A stretch of DNA of 64,000 nucleotides. It comes from Flavobacteriales bacterium (lineage in GTDB: Bacteria > Bacteroidota > Bacteroidia > CAIKAF01). Within the stretch, counting starts at the first letter, position 1, and every line of letters begins with the position of its first letter. Shown here piece after piece: positions 60,832 through 64,000 of the stretch. Made by a program: the position numbers and the translations under genes. The DNA lies in NCBI GenBank assembly GCA_026418175.1, contig JAOABX010000009.1, positions 21,121-85,120 of the forward strand. The letters run 5' to 3'. The notes below the pieces were generated by a model. That model was not told where the DNA came from and did no database searches. It was given only the letters and a program-made list of their open reading frames with translations.

Positions 60832-61596
60832 TTAAATGCTTCCGTCTTTTTTCCTTACCAACCGCACTGTGGCTTGAGCTGCCGGCATAACTACCAATTC
60901 ATGAATTGAAACATGTTCGGGTGCATTGAGGCAGTATAAGATAGTGTTTGCAACATCTTCGGCTTTAAGGGCTTCAACAGGTTTATACACATTGGATGCA
61001 CGTTCGGCATCTCCTTTAAAACGAACTAAAGAAAATTCCGTTTCAACCATTCCCGGATGGATAGAAGAAACTTTAATATGATAGGGGAGAAGCTCCATTC
61101 GAATGGATTGTGTGATGGCATCCAATGCATGTTTGGTTGCACAATACACATTTCCATTGGGATAAACTTCTTTCGAAGCAATCGAGCTAATCTGAATAAT
61201 ATGGCCTTTTTTACGTGCTATCATACCTGGTGTTATGGCTTTCAACATATTCAGAACTCCTTTTATGTTTGTATCAATCATCCGGTCCCAGTCATCTGGG
61301 TCACCTTCGTGTGCAGGCCCAAGCCCTACTGCCAAACCGGCATTGTTAATTAATACATCAATATTTTTCCAATTCTCCGGAAGATTTTCTGCTGCATTAA
61401 AAACAGCTTCTCTATCTCTTACATCCAGGCAAATTGAAAGTATTTCTGTATGTGCTTTTAGTTCATCAGCCAGGTGTTCTAACCGATCATTTCTTCTGCC
61501 CGAAATAATTAATCGAAATTCATTTTTGGCAAGTAATCGTGCAGTGGCTTCTCCAATTCCGGCTGTTGCTCCGGTAATCCATACAGTTCGTTTCAT
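60832..61596 (-). CDS. SDR-family NAD(P)-dependent oxidoreductase
   Basis: TGATAGIGEA Rossmann motif, NNAG, catalytic Y…K (YCATKHAL). ATG at 61596 overlaps the upstream gene stop (ATGA); the ORF track's longer N-terminus is probably an over-extension. Confidence 0.85.
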   Translation of the reverse strand: MKRTVWITGATAGIGEATARLLAKNEFRLIISGRRNDRLEHLADELKAHTEILSICLDVRDREAVFNAAENLPENWKNIDVLINNAGLAVGLGPAHEGDPDDWDRMIDTNIKGVLNMLKAITPGMIARKKGHIIQISSIASKEVYPNGNVYCATKHALDAITQSIRMELLPYHIKVSSIHPGMVETEFSLVRFKGDAERASNVYKPVEALKAEDVANTILYCLNAPEHVSIHELVVMPAAQATVRLVRKKDGSI

Positions 61597-62891
61597 GATA
61601 ATGCAAATTTTTGTTGATATGATTGACTTCGTTTGGCAAAGGCTAATAATGTAATCCATAAAAAAGGCAACGCTGGTACTTTATAACGTACCATTCCGCC
61701 AATTACTGGAGTACTTAAACCCACAATTATATATAATACTAGCACAAACGAAATACAAAACAATACAAAACGAAGTTGAGCTGGTTTACGATGATTCCAT
61801 ATTATCCAACCAATAAAAAAAAGAAAAAACAAATTTTCTAACATGGGGATGAGTTTAAATATGCTTCCCATAGACTCCCATGGATATGGCCGTAGAAGTG
61901 TATTAAGTAATGCTTCAGGGGTTTTTATAATAATATCAGATAGCTCTGGTTTTAAATATGTTGTGGTAATGAGGCTACCTGCTTTTTCAGATACTGCAAG
62001 GTTTACAAAATTATTTTGTTTAAAAGCAAGCATTTCTAACAAGTTAATTTTTGGAAAAAAGTAGTGAGAAAAAGCTGCCGTTAAGCCCAAAAAGACTGTA
62101 GATAAAAGAAACACCATGGGTTGCCATCCAGGTTTAAATTTTTTTGAAATAAAATATCCAATGGCAGCTGGTAGCAATGCTGCCAAAATATAAAATTTGG
62201 TTAGAAGAATAATCAATGCTCCTAAGATTATCATTATTCCACGTAGGTACCATTGTTTATTTTTATCGTTAAATAATGAAGAAATAAAAATACCCATTCC
62301 AATCATGAGAATGCTTTCTTTCAGACAACCGGAAGTCCAAAATATTACTGAAGGTATTAGCTGTGTACCAATAAATATTTCTGTTTTCCAGTCGCGAATA
62401 AAATCATAAAATGTTTTAGTTATTAAAAATAAACCTGTAAACGAAAAAAAACTGAAAAACACAGTATGTGTATTGAAGCTTCCGAAGCTAATAATTCGAA
62501 GGACCGCATGAATGCGTATCACTATTCGGTTATCGTTATACATCGGATTATCATACGGTAGTTGCCAGTTATTCATCAGATGAGCGTATTTCCCACCAGA
62601 AGAAAAATCAGATGAAAGCCCAATTAAATTTGTAAAAAACTCATTGGGATGTATAAAAAGCAATTGATATAAAGCCGCACTATCATCATAAAAACGGTAA
62701 ATATCTGCTTTGCTTCGGTCGGTATAGTAATAAGTATAGATTAGATAAAGAAAAACTCCGGCTAATACTTTCGACAAAAAAATCATGGGTAGATGCGTGG
62801 ACTTTAAACCCTCAATCTTAAAAAAAGGTGTGCGATAAATCACCCAGGTTAGCAAAAGGGCATAACACGTACTGATAAAAAAATCAATCAT
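61593..62891 (-). CDS. Hypothetical polytopic integral membrane protein (432 aa, about 10-12 TM helices), ATGA-coupled to the SDR gene
   Basis: Hydrophobicity pattern with aromatic-rich loops; no catalytic motif recognised. Confidence 0.6.
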   Translation of the reverse strand: MIDFFISTCYALLLTWVIYRTPFFKIEGLKSTHLPMIFLSKVLAGVFLYLIYTYYYTDRSKADIYRFYDDSAALYQLLFIHPNEFFTNLIGLSSDFSSGGKYAHLMNNWQLPYDNPMYNDNRIVIRIHAVLRIISFGSFNTHTVFFSFFSFTGLFLITKTFYDFIRDWKTEIFIGTQLIPSVIFWTSGCLKESILMIGMGIFISSLFNDKNKQWYLRGIMIILGALIILLTKFYILAALLPAAIGYFISKKFKPGWQPMVFLLSTVFLGLTAAFSHYFFPKINLLEMLAFKQNNFVNLAVSEKAGSLITTTYLKPELSDIIIKTPEALLNTLLRPYPWESMGSIFKLIPMLENLFFLFFIGWIIWNHRKPAQLRFVLFCISFVLVLYIIVGLSTPVIGGMVRYKVPALPFLWITLLAFAKRSQSYQQKFALS

Positions 62892-63032
62892 CCCGGGTAT
62901 TTATGCAAAGATAGGAATAGGAAAAAATCTTAGAAGTTTTGACTTAACTTAACTTAATTATAAATAAGAAGTTTACTTAATCTCAACATTCTTAAAAATA
63001 AAACCACGCAATGAAAATGTGTTTTATTAAAG

Positions 63033-63106
63033 TGATCCGGATTGGATTCGAACCAATGACCTACTGCTTAGAAGGCAGTTGCTCTATCCAGCTGAGCTAC
63101 CGGACC
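63033..63106 (-). tRNA. tRNA-Arg (anticodon TCT)
   Basis: Folded by hand. Acceptor stem GGTCCGG/CCGGATC with one G·U pair, D-arm GCTC…GAGC, anticodon stem ACTGC/GCAGT with loop CTTCTAA, T-arm ATTGG-TTCGAAT-CCAAT, discriminator A. CCA not encoded. Confidence 0.9.
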
Positions 63107-63242
63107 AAAATGATTGCAAATATATGGCTATTTGTTTTTAACACAAATTGCTTTAACCATCAGATTTTATCTTTTGTTATTTTTTTAATTATTCCTTGCA
63201 AATTCATTTTTTCTGAACCATATTGCCATATAATTCATCTGT

Positions 63243-64000
63243 ATGCATATCGTTATTCTTTCAAGGAATGCAAATTTATATTCCACCAAACGTTTGTTGG
63301 AAGAAGGTATTCATCGTGGTCATAGAACAGAGATTGTAGATCATTTAAAATGTAATATTGTAATTGAAAAGAAAAATCCAAGAATATTTTATAAAGATCG
63401 TTATCTGGATGATGTAGATGCCATTATACCGCGTATTGGAGCATCTGTTACATTTTTTGGTTCAGCGGTGGTGCGTCAGTTCGAAATGCGTAAAGTATTT
63501 ACTGCGGTAGAAAGCCAGGCTTTGATTCGTTCCAGAGATAAGCTTCGAAGCTTACAAATATTATCACGTGCAGGAATTGGGTTGCCTAAAACTGTTTTTA
63601 CAAATTTCAGCAAAAATATTGATGAAATTTTGAGTGAAATCGGTTCTTTCCCTGTAATTATTAAGCTTATTGAAGGAACGCAAGGCTTAGGGGTAGTATT
63701 GGCTGAAAATAAAAATGCAGCCACTTCGGTTATTGAAGCATTTCATGGATTAAAGGCCCGCATTATTGTACAAGAATATATCAAAGAGGCCAAAGGGGCA
63801 GATATTAGAGCGTTTGTGGTGGATGGAAAAGTGGTTGGCGCTATGAAGCGTCAAGCAAAAGAGGGAGAATTTAGAAGTAATCTGCATCGGGGAGGAACGG
63901 CCACTGTAATTAAACTTAGCCGGGAAGAAAAAGAAGTTGCAATAGCTGCTGCAAAAGCTATGGGACTGGGTGTAGCTGGTGTAGATATGCTACAGTCTAA
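63243..64000 (+). CDS. rimK: RimK-family alpha-L-glutamate ligase (ATP-grasp), 3'-partial; runs off the window end
   Basis: [22 protein letters not shown]…[20 protein letters not shown]…[24 protein letters not shown]…[13 protein letters not shown]-grasp pattern. Confidence 0.85.
   Translation, partial: MHIVILSRNANLYSTKRLLEEGIHRGHRTEIVDHLKCNIVIEKKNPRIFYKDRYLDDVDAIIPRIGASVTFFGSAVVRQFEMRKVFTAVESQALIRSRDKLRSLQILSRAGIGLPKTVFTNFSKNIDEILSEIGSFPVIIKLIEGTQGLGVVLAENKNAATSVIEAFHGLKARIIVQEYIKEAKGADIRAFVVDGKVVGAMKRQAKEGEFRSNLHRGGTATVIKLSREEKEVAIAAAKAMGLGVAGVDMLQS

Noticed and set aside
63107-63242. tRNA-Arg as an integration hotspot for a genomic island
   Set aside because: No integrase, direct repeat of the tRNA 3' end, or compositional shift on either side. 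Flanking genes (membrane protein/SDR, rimK) look like core genome.
63011-63325. Plus-strand 104-aa ORF (MKMCFIKVIRIGFEPMTY…)
   Set aside because: It overlaps, antisense, a cleanly folding tRNA-Arg(TCT) (GFEPM is the reverse translation of the T-arm). The translation has no protein-like features.

Overview
AT-rich Bacteroidota-type chromosomal segment. The assignment rests on three T9SS C-terminal sorting domains, a PadR-PspC envelope-stress pair, TAnnTTTG-like -7 promoter elements and frequent TGA/ATG gene overlaps. By my reading it holds about 55 protein genes and one tRNA-Arg(TCT). I found no rRNA, CRISPR array, IS element or integrase. Most of the window is housekeeping: fhs, recR, guaA, fabH, hsp20, an RND efflux operon, SulP, katG with a Fur/PerR-type regulator, miaB, pdxA, pepA, cdd, pdhA plus E2, and rimK. 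Accessory or envelope blocks sit between them. (1) Two paralogous T9SS cargo proteins built of Trp-rich ~24-aa tandem repeats bracket padR-pspC. (2) A run of plus-strand genes for exported proteins pairs an HtrA-like S1 protease with a signal-peptide-bearing caspase-family (C14) protease. The C14 gene is translationally coupled (TGATG) to a lipoprotein and followed by a beta-barrel OMP and a small Tyr/Trp/Cys-rich secreted protein. I consider this the most likely undescribed system in the window. (3) A visibly GC-rich ~140-nt element in the 5' leader of a TonB-dependent receptor folds into an extended three-helix hairpin and may be a cis-regulatory RNA. (4) A GT2 glycosyltransferase is fused to a WbaP-like polyprenyl-phosphate glycosylphosphotransferase whose catalytic core appears deleted. 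(5) A sigma-54 activator with no N-terminal sensory domain heads a small minus-strand cluster of ALDH, TPR, Fn3-like and membrane-anchored genes. All calls are from reading the sequence and ORF translations; I ran no database searches.
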